A DNA stretch of 63,549 nucleotides from an uncultured Caulobacterales bacterium (GTDB lineage Bacteria; Pseudomonadota; Alphaproteobacteria; Caulobacterales; Maricaulaceae), in NCBI GenBank assembly GCA_964522765.1, contig CAZFWZ010000001.1, forward strand, positions 1 through 63,549, written 5' to 3'. The stretch's first letter is position 1. Every line of letters starts with the position of its first letter. The translations under genes and the position numbers were made by a program. Below are positions 9,619 to 19,447 of the stretch, one piece after another. The notes under the pieces are model-generated. The model was not told where the DNA came from, did no database searches, and saw only the letters and a list, made by a program, of their open reading frames with translations.

Positions 9619-9656
9619 TTAGATAAGTTTTAGAAACATATTTAACAAAGCCTAAA
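9619..9656 (-). promoter_or_regulatory. Possible tandem CtrA-like sites upstream of tadG-like gene
   Basis: TTAG-N7-TTAG (9619-9633) and TTAA-N7-TAAA (9642-9656); imperfect matches in AT-rich DNA. Confidence 0.35.
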
Positions 9657-9664
9657 ATTATTTA

Positions 9665-10255
9665 TTAGGATAGGAGAGCCGCTGCGACTCCTTTAACGGC
9701 CTTTGGGTAGATCTCAAGTTCTAGTGGCAATAGTCTGTTCGCCAGCGCCTCCGCTGTATCATCAGCTTTTATCGCAAGCTTCGTTTGCGCAATAATCTTG
9801 CCGCCATCCAGTTCTGCTGTAACAAAATGAACGGAAGCGCCGTGGTAACGATCACCCGCGTCAAGCGCTCTTTGGTGCGTATGTAATCCCTTGTATTTAG
9901 GGAGAAGCGAAGGGTGAATGTTGACAATGCGTCCAGGCCATTTTTCAACAAAATCAGCGCCGAGTACGCGCATGAAACCCGCGCAGCAAATCAGTTCAAT
10001 CCCTGCTTCTCGCAATATAGCGTCTAATGCGATTTCAAAATCTGCGCGCGTTTCAAAGGCTTTATGATCAACAGCCAAAGCTTGAATATTCAGGTCTGCT
10101 GCTTTTTGTAAACCCGCCGCGTTCGGGCGATTGGATATAACAAGCGTAACCTCGGCTGGATAATTTGCGTCTTGGGCAGCGTTTGCTAATGCGACCATGT
10201 TGGAGCCGCGCCCTGAAATGAGAACAGCGGTTTTGATGCGCGGGTTATTAGGCAT
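9665..10255 (-). CDS. purN: Phosphoribosylglycinamide formyltransferase
   Basis: [30 protein letters not shown]; ATG 10255 overlaps the purM stop. Confidence 0.97.
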   Translation of the reverse strand: MPNNPRIKTAVLISGRGSNMVALANAAQDANYPAEVTLVISNRPNAAGLQKAADLNIQALAVDHKAFETRADFEIALDAILREAGIELICCAGFMRVLGADFVEKWPGRIVNIHPSLLPKYKGLHTHQRALDAGDRYHGASVHFVTAELDGGKIIAQTKLAIKADDTAEALANRLLPLELEIYPKAVKGVAAALLS

Positions 10256-11282
10256 TTGAAAGCGCGCCAATGACCCAAGCGGTCTCGCCTGCTGCGTTTA
10301 GAGCCGTGATGACGCCGTCGGCTTTGGACGGAGCGACTGCGAGGACGAGGCCAACGCCGCAGTTAAAGGCGCGGCGCAATTCGGATTCCGCAATACCGCC
10401 CGTCTCTTGCAGCCATTTAAAGACAGCGGGCCGATCAAAGCTGCCGAAGTCTATGTCTGCCTCAAGATGATCTGGCAGCATTCGCGGCGTATTTTCTGTT
10501 AGTCCTCCGCCTGTGATATGCGCGAGGCCTTTAATGTTGCCGGATTTGATAATCGGGAGAAGCGATTTAATATAAATACGGGTGGGCTCAAGAAGCGCTT
10601 CCGCCAGTGTCTTGCCGTTATCAAATGGAGCTGGGTCAGTCCAGCTTAGTCCTGAGCGTTCTACGACTTTGCGAATGAGTGAGTAGCCATTGGAGTGAGG
10701 GCCAGAAGAGGCAACTGCGACTAGAGTATCGCCTACTGCCATTTTATCTAGATGCGGCATGACTGCGTTGCGTTCGACGGCTCCGACGACAAAACCCGCA
10801 AGGTCAAAGTCATCCCCTTCATACATGCCGGGCATTTCCGCTGTCTCGCCGCCTATTAGTGCGCAGCCCGCGAGCTGGCAGCCCTTCGCAATGCCTTTAA
10901 TAACGTCAGCGGCCTTGTCTGTTTCAAGTTTACCCGTCGCGAAATAATCGAGAAAGAAAAGCGGTTCTGCGCCTTGGGCCAGTACGTCGTTGACGCACAT
11001 AGCCACGAGATCAATGCCAACCGTATCGAGCTTACCCGTATCAATAGCGATGCGTAGCTTTGTCCCCACGCCATCCGTGCCAGAGATAAGAATGGGATCA
11101 TTATATCCCGCAGCCTTCAAATCAAAGGCCCCGCCAAATCCGCCGAGCGCCGCATCTGCGCCGGCGCGGCGCGTGGCTTTGGCGAACGGCTTAATACGGT
11201 CAATCAACGCGTCACCTGCATCAATATCAACGCCAGCGCCTGCATAGGTGAGGCCGTTTTGTGTCTTTGGCGTATCGGTCAT
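10248..11282 (-). CDS. purM: Phosphoribosylformylglycinamidine cyclo-ligase (AIR synthase)
   Basis: [40 protein letters not shown]. Confidence 0.98.
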   Translation of the reverse strand: MTDTPKTQNGLTYAGAGVDIDAGDALIDRIKPFAKATRRAGADAALGGFGGAFDLKAAGYNDPILISGTDGVGTKLRIAIDTGKLDTVGIDLVAMCVNDVLAQGAEPLFFLDYFATGKLETDKAADVIKGIAKGCQLAGCALIGGETAEMPGMYEGDDFDLAGFVVGAVERNAVMPHLDKMAVGDTLVAVASSGPHSNGYSLIRKVVERSGLSWTDPAPFDNGKTLAEALLEPTRIYIKSLLPIIKSGNIKGLAHITGGGLTENTPRMLPDHLEADIDFGSFDRPAVFKWLQETGGIAESELRRAFNCGVGLVLAVAPSKADGVITALNAAGETAWVIGALSNA

Positions 11283-11443
11283 CGCATTCTCTTATAGCTG
11301 CCTTAAACTTGCCGCTACAAAGCCTAAAAACCGACTCGGTGCAAGGAGAGTCTGCAAAGACCACGGCGTTAAAGCCTATCATACACAGTAATAGGCGCTA
11401 AATCTACTTTCACAGCAAGGCAAAGCGGTATAGGAAAACACTT

Positions 11444-12481
11444 ATGACACGAACCATCTCCGTTATTTTCGCCGCCTTTGTTTTTGTATTTGCTAGTCTC
11501 GCCAATGCGGCTGATCCCTTTACTGTTGCCGGCGTCCCAGTGGACGCGAGCGCAGATACGGCCATTAATGCACAGATAGCGGCAACGGAGCAGGGACAGA
11601 CCCGCGCCGCGGAATTGTTACTGGAGCGTCTTACACTCGATTCCGCGCGGTTAAATGCAAATCTTCCGCCCATGACTATCGAAACGGCGCGGACACTTAT
11701 TCGCGGTCAACAGATTGGGAATGAGAAGCGCTCTGCCAATCGTTATTTAGGGGATATCACTGTCGCGTTTAATCCGCAGCGCGTGAAAGATTATCTGGCG
11801 GGCAATGGCCTTGATATGATTTCTACACAGTCACGCTCGCGTCTGATTGTCCCAATCCTAAACGGCGAAGCTCCAAATGCTGAAAACGGCTGGACAGAGG
11901 AATGGGCTCGTGGTGGCTACACCCACGCGCTTACGCCAATTATGAGTAATTCTGAGGCCGCAGGGCTTGTCTCAGCGCAAGATGCCGCCTCGGGAGATAT
12001 AAACGCGCTTAAACTGGCTGGAGCTGCGGCAGGGGTAAACCAAATTCTGATTGCGCAGGCCATTGGTGATGATTTGAGTTACAGCGTGACACTCATCGAT
12101 GTTGCGATTGATACGGGCGTGAAAACATCCCTTGGAACACTCAGTGCCGCCGGTCCGATGGATGGGGCGGCTCGTAGCGTGGAAATGCTGGAAGACAGCT
12201 GGAAAGAGGCCTCAGTAAATTTGGCGGCGAATGCGCAGACAATGATTGTCTCTATCTTGTATAATTCACACGAAGATTGGCTACGTCTACAAGAAGCTAT
12301 AAATGGCTCCGCGCAGATTACCGATGCCCGCCTTGATGCCTTAACCAAGGACGGAGCCATGATGACGTTGACTGTGGGTGATTTGGGACGCCTTGCAAAT
12401 GAGTTGAGCTTCAAAGGTGTCCAGGTGAAATCGGATCCGAAAATCGGCACTTATCTTGCGCGCAATAACTATAGCCGCTAA
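11444..12481 (+). CDS. DUF2066-like exported protein
   Basis: Signal peptide, FTVAGVPVDASA and EKRSANRY..F; position between purM and hdaA is typical for this family. Confidence 0.75.
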   Translation: MTRTISVIFAAFVFVFASLANAADPFTVAGVPVDASADTAINAQIAATEQGQTRAAELLLERLTLDSARLNANLPPMTIETARTLIRGQQIGNEKRSANRYLGDITVAFNPQRVKDYLAGNGLDMISTQSRSRLIVPILNGEAPNAENGWTEEWARGGYTHALTPIMSNSEAAGLVSAQDAASGDINALKLAGAAAGVNQILIAQAIGDDLSYSVTLIDVAIDTGVKTSLGTLSAAGPMDGAARSVEMLEDSWKEASVNLAANAQTMIVSILYNSHEDWLRLQEAINGSAQITDARLDALTKDGAMMTLTVGDLGRLANELSFKGVQVKSDPKIGTYLARNNYSR

Positions 12482-12506
12482 GCTGCCATCGCGCTAAAAG
12501 ACGCCT

Positions 12507-13151
12507 ATGGCTGACCCAAACTCCCCCTCTAATTCACCGGTGCAAATTCCCTTTGACCTCGCGCCGCCTAAGGCGATGAGCTTTGATAGCTTTCTGACAT
12601 CTGAGTGTAATCACAAAACTCTCGTTCACATAAAAGATTGGCAGAACTGGCCCTCACCCATTTTACTTTTAATCGGCGAGAGCGGCACGGGTAAAACACA
12701 TTTGGGGCAAGCTTTTACTGCTCAAGGCGATAAAACCATCGTCATTGACGACATAGAGAACAGCGATGAGAGCGAGTTGTTTTCAATAATGAATTTAGCG
12801 CTTACAGGCGAGATAGACGCATTGTTGCTGACAGCAAAAGCTCATCCAGATAATTTCACCATAGTCATGCCTGACTTACGCTCACGCCTAAAAAATACGC
12901 CGGTCTTGGAACTTCACGAACCCGATGATGAGCTCCTAGAAGGGATTATGCGCCGTCTGTTCGAGGACAGAGGCCGCGTCGTGTCTAAAGACGTGGTGAC
13001 CTACATTGTTTCTCGAACAGCACGTACTGTGCCGGCCCTACAGAGACTTGTTGAGTACCTAGAACGCCAAGCACAATCAGATAAATCCGATATGACTAAG
13101 GCTTTTGTGTCGCGCCATATTTCGCAGTGGGACGAAGCTGAAATTTTCTAA
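12507..13151 (+). CDS. hdaA: DnaA regulatory inactivator HdaA-like protein
   Basis: Beta-clamp motif QIPFDL, Walker A GESGTGKTHL, PDLRSRL, PDDELL..LFEDR. Confidence 0.85.
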   Translation: MADPNSPSNSPVQIPFDLAPPKAMSFDSFLTSECNHKTLVHIKDWQNWPSPILLLIGESGTGKTHLGQAFTAQGDKTIVIDDIENSDESELFSIMNLALTGEIDALLLTAKAHPDNFTIVMPDLRSRLKNTPVLELHEPDDELLEGIMRRLFEDRGRVVSKDVVTYIVSRTARTVPALQRLVEYLERQAQSDKSDMTKAFVSRHISQWDEAEIF

Positions 13152-13888
13152 GGCGTAACGATTTTTCCGGCCCAATCCAGAAGATCACCGCTATTGTCTG
13201 GCGTGACTTGATCAATGACAGATAATAGTTTTTTGGCGCTATATTCTGGCGTGAATAGTTTTCCGTCTGGCACATTGCCTTGAAAGGGTTTGGAAAATTT
13301 TGTATCGACAGTGCCGGGGTGGAGGCCAATAATTATCAAGTTTTTGAAGCGCCGCCCCATTTCAATTGAGAGCGTCTTTAGTATCATATTCAGTGCGGCT
13401 TTGGCACTACGGTAAGCATACCAGCCGCCAATATGGTTGTCTGATATACTGCCCACACGAGCGGAGAGCGCCGCAAAGACAGCTTTACCGTCGCGGCGCA
13501 TAAGGGGAAGGAAATAACGCGCTGTCATTGCGGGGCCTATGGCGTTTGTCATAAAGCTTTTTTCAAAGCCTTCAAAAGACAAGGCGCGTAGGTTTTTCTC
13601 TGGCGCTATTCCGTTACCTTGAAGCAAACCGGTTGCAAGGATAACAATATCCAAAGGTCCAGCTTCGGCTAAAACCTGAGCGCTGGCCTCAAGACTGTCC
13701 TCATCTGTGAAATCAAATGCTAGATTAGACACTTTGGAGGAAGGATGGGGTTTGATCTGCCGCGAAAGTGCATGCACCTGCGCGACTTGATCAGAGGTGA
13801 TGAGTTGTTCTACCAAGGCGGCTCCAATACCGCCGCTAGCGCCGACCACCGCAACCCGCAGGTTTTGTCCTAAACTCTCAAACATCAT
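13148..13888 (-). CDS. Short-chain dehydrogenase/reductase, C-factor (CsgA)-like
   Basis: GASGGIG, SARVGSISDN, GGWYAYRSAKAALNM, LHPGTVDT. Confidence 0.9.
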   Translation of the reverse strand: MMFESLGQNLRVAVVGASGGIGAALVEQLITSDQVAQVHALSRQIKPHPSSKVSNLAFDFTDEDSLEASAQVLAEAGPLDIVILATGLLQGNGIAPEKNLRALSFEGFEKSFMTNAIGPAMTARYFLPLMRRDGKAVFAALSARVGSISDNHIGGWYAYRSAKAALNMILKTLSIEMGRRFKNLIIIGLHPGTVDTKFSKPFQGNVPDGKLFTPEYSAKKLLSVIDQVTPDNSGDLLDWAGKIVTP

Positions 13889-13961
13889 TTCATCCTTTTG
13901 CAGCGCTCTGTGCAACATGTACTGATTACGCGCGGCAGTGGAAACAAGATGGATGTGAACA

Positions 13962-14000
13962 AAATCATGCTCAAGGGAAAGAACCGCATGAGCATGATTT
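13962..14000 (-). terminator. 12-bp perfect inverted repeat, probable terminator
   Basis: AAATCATGCTCA-N15-TGAGCATGATTT; ends in a T-run on the minus strand. Confidence 0.55.
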
Positions 14001-14108
14001 ATCGTAATCTAGAAAAAATGGATAAGGACCAAAGCTTTATAGCTTAGACACCGTCGAGACCTTTTTGAAAGCTCTGACTTCGGCGGTATCTGTATATATG
14101 TAATAATT

Positions 14109-14552
14109 CTAAAAGTTGGATAGATCAGCATCCTTGGACGAACGAATAAATCCGAATGAAACCATTGTAAATAAGAAGGCCAATCCGACGAGGATAGCCA
14201 TCAAGCTAGACTTACGGTCGAGATAAACCAAAGCACTGCGGATAGGGTTTCTGTCTGACATAATTTTGTTTTTTATTTTACGTCCAAAGACGGCATTATC
14301 CATTTGCACGTCGCGAATTTTGTTATCTATACCGCGGTATGTCAGCATTTCTGGGACTTTAAATCCCGTTTTAGCCGCACCTTGCTCAGCAGGAGCACTA
14401 AAGGCTGTTGGCTGAGTCGCGAGTGGCGCGGGTTTAGACGTTGGCCCCATTATGTTAAACGCAATCACGGCTAGAAGTGTTGCCCCCATTACGGCAATAG
14501 CGGGTTTGAGTATCCGGTTTTTCGGCTCTGGGCGTGTGTAGTTATAGGTCAT
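14109..14552 (-). CDS. Hypothetical membrane protein (N- and C-terminal hydrophobic helices)
   Basis: ORF with GAGGA before ATG 14552; two TM-like segments and a Pro/Ala-rich linker. Confidence 0.75.
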   Translation of the reverse strand: MTYNYTRPEPKNRILKPAIAVMGATLLAVIAFNIMGPTSKPAPLATQPTAFSAPAEQGAAKTGFKVPEMLTYRGIDNKIRDVQMDNAVFGRKIKNKIMSDRNPIRSALVYLDRKSSLMAILVGLAFLFTMVSFGFIRSSKDADLSNF

Positions 14553-14585
14553 TTGCAATCCTCATCAGTTCGATGGGGCTAAACA

Positions 14586-14601
14586 TGCAAGCCAAATGCC
14601 A
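14586..14601 (-). promoter_or_regulatory. Sigma54 (-24/-12) promoter
   Basis: TGGCAT-TTGGC-TTGCA on the minus strand matches TGGCAY-N5-TTGCW, about 33 bp upstream of ATG 14552. Confidence 0.75.
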
Positions 14602-14646
14602 ATTACGCCTGTACGGTGTAAAAAAGATTCAAAATTCGCTTATGAG

Positions 14647-15312
14647 TTAAAACGGGCAGGGGGCTTGGAACTCTACCCACTCACCACCCGTTGGGTGGCG
14701 TAGTGCCAGGCTATGCGCGTGGAGTTGTAAGCGCTCAGCCGCTGTAAAAGCCTCCTCATGAGCGTAAATTCGATCTCCAATGATAGGGTGCCCCAGTTCT
14801 AGGCAATGCACGCGTAATTGGTGGGAACGACCTGTTTCAGGAAAAAGCACAAGCCGCGTCTCTGTATCACTGCGGGACAAGACTTCCCATCGTGTGACGG
14901 ATTTTTTGCCTCTTTCATAGTTCACCATTTGCCTTGGGCGATTGGGCCAATCGGCCGTCAGCGGCAAATCTATTGTCCCACTTTCATCTTCGACTTGGCC
15001 CCAGACGCGCGCGATGTAGCTTTTGCGCATCATGCGCTTTTCAAACTGAAGGCCAAGATGACGTTGAGTATGAGCATTTTTTGCAAAAACCATGACCCCA
15101 GAGGTCGGCAGATCAAGGCGGTGGACTAAAAGGGTTTCTGGGCAATAGCTGCGAATGCGCGCTTCGGCGCAGTCTGGCTCAGTTTTTCCGGGCACAGATA
15201 AAAGCTCGCTCGGTTTATCAATTACAAGCAAGTCGTCATCTTCATGAATGATTTTTGGCAGGCCGGGCGCGGGCGTATAGGTAAAATCGCGATTATATAT
15301 AGTGTGGGCCAT
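14647..15312 (-). CDS. rluA: RluA family pseudouridine synthase
   Basis: DKPSELLSVPG, HRLDLPTSG, TGRSHQLRVH, GHPIIGD, RLQLHA. Confidence 0.92.
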   Translation of the reverse strand: MAHTIYNRDFTYTPAPGLPKIIHEDDDLLVIDKPSELLSVPGKTEPDCAEARIRSYCPETLLVHRLDLPTSGVMVFAKNAHTQRHLGLQFEKRMMRKSYIARVWGQVEDESGTIDLPLTADWPNRPRQMVNYERGKKSVTRWEVLSRSDTETRLVLFPETGRSHQLRVHCLELGHPIIGDRIYAHEEAFTAAERLQLHAHSLALRHPTGGEWVEFQAPCPF

Positions 15313-16463
15313 TAAATGGCTTCCGCGACAACCTCATTGCCTTCGAGCCGCAGCATAATCTTACCATCCAGCATTTTGAGCGCATCTTCGCCGAAGATTT
15401 CGCGCCGCCAGCCCTTAAGCGCGGGAACATTCGCTTTCTCGCCAAAGGCTGCAATGAGTTCAATGTCGCCATTATTTGCCACAAGACGCGGTGCAATATC
15501 GACATACTCAGTGCGTAGACGCAGCAATGTTTTTAGCATCTCAACCGCCGCGCCTGTATTGGGAGGCCGGTTTTTAGCGCGTTCCACCTTTGGGGCGTAG
15601 CTATCAGCATGAGTCACAGCGGCAGCAATTGCTTCAACGAGGTCTTTTGCTTTTGATGATTTCTCAAACCCCCTCGGAACAGACCGCAGCCGCTCAAGCG
15701 CTTTTAAATCTGTCGGCTTATTGAGCGCTAGATCATATATGCTGTCATCTTTCATCACGCGGCGGCGCGGCACGTCGCGCGAAATAGCTTCACGTTCGCG
15801 CCAAGCAGCCGCGGCTTTAAGGGCGGCTAAGTAAGGCTTTTTATAATTACGAACCTTGAGGCGTTCCCATGCATCTTCAGGCTCAAAGGTGTAGAGAGTT
15901 TCTTCCATTTGCGGGGCCATTTCTTCCATGACCCAAGTGAGGCGGCCCCGTTCTTTAAGCTCGTCAATCACCCCAGGATAAAGATCGCGCAGATGGGTTA
16001 CATCCCCAATTGCGTAGTGAAGCTGCTTTTCGGAAAGAGGGCGGCGCGACCAATCTGTAAATCGGGCGCCCTTATCAAGCGTAACGTTTAGCCGTCCTTT
16101 GACGAGCGCCATATACCCAACGCTATCGCCAAACCCGAGCGCCATAGCGGCAATCTGCGTATCAAAGACTGGCTTTGGCACAGCGCGGCAGAGCATGTAG
16201 AAAATTTCCATATCCTGCCGTGCGGCATGCATAACCTTGGTGATTTTAGTATTCATCATCAAGGCGAGGAACGGCGTGAGGTCTATGTCCTCCGCGAGAG
16301 GGTCGATGATAACCTCTCTGTCGGAGATAGCGGCTTGTATGAGGCAAAGCTGGCTATAGAATGTGCTCTCGCGCATGAACTCTGTGTCGACGCACAAAAA
16401 GTCCTTATCGCTAGCGGCATCACAAAATTCGGTTAGCTCGGAGGTCGTCGTAATCACATTCAT
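15312..16463 (-). CDS. rnd: Ribonuclease D
   Basis: VDTEFMRE, HAARQD, FDTQIAA, TDWSRRPL, YAIGDV; HRDC region; GWRREIFG. Confidence 0.96.
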   Translation of the reverse strand: MNVITTTSELTEFCDAASDKDFLCVDTEFMRESTFYSQLCLIQAAISDREVIIDPLAEDIDLTPFLALMMNTKITKVMHAARQDMEIFYMLCRAVPKPVFDTQIAAMALGFGDSVGYMALVKGRLNVTLDKGARFTDWSRRPLSEKQLHYAIGDVTHLRDLYPGVIDELKERGRLTWVMEEMAPQMEETLYTFEPEDAWERLKVRNYKKPYLAALKAAAAWREREAISRDVPRRRVMKDDSIYDLALNKPTDLKALERLRSVPRGFEKSSKAKDLVEAIAAAVTHADSYAPKVERAKNRPPNTGAAVEMLKTLLRLRTEYVDIAPRLVANNGDIELIAAFGEKANVPALKGWRREIFGEDALKMLDGKIMLRLEGNEVVAEAI

Positions 16464-16527
16464 AACCAAGACCTAACAGTGCCGAGTGGATTCGTCACCT
16501 TTAAATCTCAGGCTAGGTACGCCATGT

Positions 16528-18195
16528 TTAATGTCCGCCTAAAATGCCCGTGCGGATGTTGTAATCAACGGCCACGCCATAATCAGGATCATCATCACTG
16601 TCGACAATAAGCTGACCGGCTTTGTTCAACAGGCGGTGAGATTCTTTTGACAAATGCCGAAGCTGCAAAGTTTTGCCGGCTTGAATGTAGACCTCGGCGA
16701 GGGCCTCAATCGCCTGCAAGGCAGATTGATCCACAACACGGCTGTTGGCAAAGTCTACAACAACCAAATCAGGATCATTTTCGGGATCAAATAACTCTTC
16801 AAAACCTTCGGCAGAGCCAAAGAAAAGCGGGCCTATGATCTCGTAAACCTTTGCGTCATTACGCCCGGGACGAATATGAGCATCGATACGGCGCGCATTA
16901 TTCCATGCGTAAGCGAGGGCGGAAACGATAACGCCGACGACAACCGCCACGGCCAAATCGTGCCAGACCGTAACAACCGTTACGAGGATAATGACAAAGG
17001 CGTCCATTGCAGGAACTTTGCGCATAATACTAAAGGACTGCCACGCAAATGTACCAATCACCACCATGAACATCACGCCAACCAGAGCCGCCAGAGGTAT
17101 CATTTCAATCCAAGGCGAGGCGAAAAGAATGAATGACAATAGAAATAGCGCGGCTGCAATACCCGCAAGCCGCGTACGCCCGCCGGATTTTACATTTATC
17201 ATCGATTGGCCAATCATGGCGCAGCCGCCCATGCCGCCAAAGAAACCTGTTGCCACATTGGCGACGCCTTGAGCAACGCACTCTTTAGATGCGCCGCCGC
17301 GCTTATTGGTTATGCGTCCAACAAGGTTAAGCGTCAGTAAGCTTTCAATGAGGCCAATTGCGGCAAGGACTATGGCATGGGGTAAAATGATTTTGAATGT
17401 CTCAAATGATAACGGCACCATCGGGATATGAAACGAAGGTAGGCCGCCTTTAATAGAGGCCAAATCGCCCACGCGCGGCACATCGATGTTAAAGACAATC
17501 ACGATGGCGGCGACGATGCCAATGCCCGCGAGTGGGGCAGGGATGAACTTGGTGACCTTGGGTGTAGCCCAGATAATAAACATCGTCAGCCCAACAAGAC
17601 CCAGCATCCAAATAAGCGGTAAGCCCGTCATATAATTGGCGTCAAATATCGAGGGGCCGTGACTGTCTCTGGCTAAATCTTTGGCATGATCTATCACGCC
17701 TTCTGCGGCGGGGACTTGGAATTGAGTGAGCTGAGCAAGGAAAATCACAATCGCGAGCCCGTTGACAAAGCCAAGCATGACGGGATGAGGGACGAGCCTG
17801 ATAAACTTCCCAAGATGGAATATTCCCGCGAGAATTTGCAAAATTCCCATCAGCACGACGGTGGCGAAGAGATACTCAACGCCGTGGCGCGCCACAAGGG
17901 CGACCATTACAACCGCTAGCGCGCCAGTTGCGCCTGAAATCATACCCGGACGTCCACCGATAAGAGCTGTAATCAAACCCACCATAAAAGCGGCATAAAG
18001 TCCGACAAGCGGATGCACGCCGGCAACAAAGGCAAAGGCGACGGCTTCGGGCACCAGCGCAAGAGCCACGGTGAGTCCAGATAATATCTCAGTCTTGGTG
18101 CGCGAGAGTGTAAGTGGGTAATCTCCGCCGAGCGGTCCACCTGTGTTGTCAGGTGTCAAGCGGTCAGCAAAGGCCGATAATGTCGTGCGTATCAT
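16528..18195 (-). CDS. SulP/SLC26 family anion transporter with STAS domain
   Basis: GLTVALALVPEAVAF, GRPGMISGATGA, GGMGGCAMIGQS, GPLFFGS. Confidence 0.95.
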   Translation of the reverse strand: MIRTTLSAFADRLTPDNTGGPLGGDYPLTLSRTKTEILSGLTVALALVPEAVAFAFVAGVHPLVGLYAAFMVGLITALIGGRPGMISGATGALAVVMVALVARHGVEYLFATVVLMGILQILAGIFHLGKFIRLVPHPVMLGFVNGLAIVIFLAQLTQFQVPAAEGVIDHAKDLARDSHGPSIFDANYMTGLPLIWMLGLVGLTMFIIWATPKVTKFIPAPLAGIGIVAAIVIVFNIDVPRVGDLASIKGGLPSFHIPMVPLSFETFKIILPHAIVLAAIGLIESLLTLNLVGRITNKRGGASKECVAQGVANVATGFFGGMGGCAMIGQSMINVKSGGRTRLAGIAAALFLLSFILFASPWIEMIPLAALVGVMFMVVIGTFAWQSFSIMRKVPAMDAFVIILVTVVTVWHDLAVAVVVGVIVSALAYAWNNARRIDAHIRPGRNDAKVYEIIGPLFFGSAEGFEELFDPENDPDLVVVDFANSRVVDQSALQAIEALAEVYIQAGKTLQLRHLSKESHRLLNKAGQLIVDSDDDPDYGVAVDYNIRTGILGGH

Positions 18196-18332
18196 GAGAT
18201 AGCCTTGAGGTGATTATGTTCCCGCGCGTCATAGCGGAGTTCGCGCATGATGCAAGGGGGCGTGCCTGTTGGATAGGCAATCACCTTCGCTGGCTGCTCA
18301 TTGGGTGACAGCGATTTTATCTCCGCGCGAAG

Positions 18333-19187
18333 TTAAGGCTGAGAGAGGGCCGACGTATCATTCAGCGACCAATCATAAACATAGTGATTAATCTTACCGG
18401 ATTGGTCTAATGCGGTTTTAAGATCCGGATCTGCATACTGCCTTAAATGATTGATGATGATTTCGTCCGAGCGGCCAAAATCATTCCGGTACCAGTTATA
18501 AATTTTGGAGACGGTTAAATCTCCGTCTTCCGTGATGGACACGCCGCGCGGACTATTGACGTAAAGTTTGGCTTTTTCTTCAAGCCGCTGCATAATATTT
18601 CCGGCGGTATAGGCTGTTTGCGCAAGGTTGGGGCAGCCAATAGCGGCACAATTTAGCGCATAATGCGTGCGCGGGTCATCAGGCCAGAGCGGGCGAACAA
18701 TCCCGTTCTCAATATCATATAGACTAAGCTCGCGGCCGCCTGCGACAACACGCTTCTCATCCCATGGCCCAACATCAATCAGGCCTTTTTTAATATCACG
18801 GATGGAGTCGACGGGGTAATGATCTAAGATCACTGACACTGTCAGGGCATTGTAAAGATTAATCCAATAAGCCAGCTGTGCATTTCGCGTATATTGAGAG
18901 GCGTCGCGATCACCCAAATCTTTGATGTAGGCGTCTAGCTTTTGTTTGTCTTGCTCATTCACCGCCGCATAATCGACACGTACAATACCGTCATTACCCA
19001 GTTTCGTATAAGTTTGTAAAAACCTATCCCAGGCTTGATGCGATATTTGGCTTTGAGCACCAGCCTTTTGGAGGTCAGGCGAAATAAGTTTGGATTTCGG
19101 AATAGCCGCCCGCTCTATAGTTGCGCAGCTCGTGATTAATGGCAGCAGGAAGAGGATAGAAAGGGGCTTTAGGGTTTTACTTATCAT
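18333..19187 (-). CDS. DUF547 domain lipoprotein
   Basis: Lipobox LITSC; QLAYWINLYNALTV, PRTHYALNCAAIGCP, SKIYNWYRNDF, YDWSLN. Confidence 0.92.
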   Translation of the reverse strand: MISKTLKPLSILFLLPLITSCATIERAAIPKSKLISPDLQKAGAQSQISHQAWDRFLQTYTKLGNDGIVRVDYAAVNEQDKQKLDAYIKDLGDRDASQYTRNAQLAYWINLYNALTVSVILDHYPVDSIRDIKKGLIDVGPWDEKRVVAGGRELSLYDIENGIVRPLWPDDPRTHYALNCAAIGCPNLAQTAYTAGNIMQRLEEKAKLYVNSPRGVSITEDGDLTVSKIYNWYRNDFGRSDEIIINHLRQYADPDLKTALDQSGKINHYVYDWSLNDTSALSQP

Positions 19188-19447
19188 ATGCTTTGCTGCT
19201 GTTCTTTAAAATGGTTCTGTTCTGGTTGAAACCAACAAATGTGTAGTTAGTTCCAAGCTTTATTATGCGACAGCTAAGCAATATGCCAAGCACTCGACAT
19301 CAACACTTCGTGACCTGAGACGATCTATGACCCTTTAGACAGGCGAACATTGCGGCGGCTAATTGCGTTTCCAAAGGGGAGTTATGGAAAAAAGTTCCAC
19401 GTGGGCTTTAGTACCTATTATTGGTTAATCCGAAGTTGGTCGCCGCT

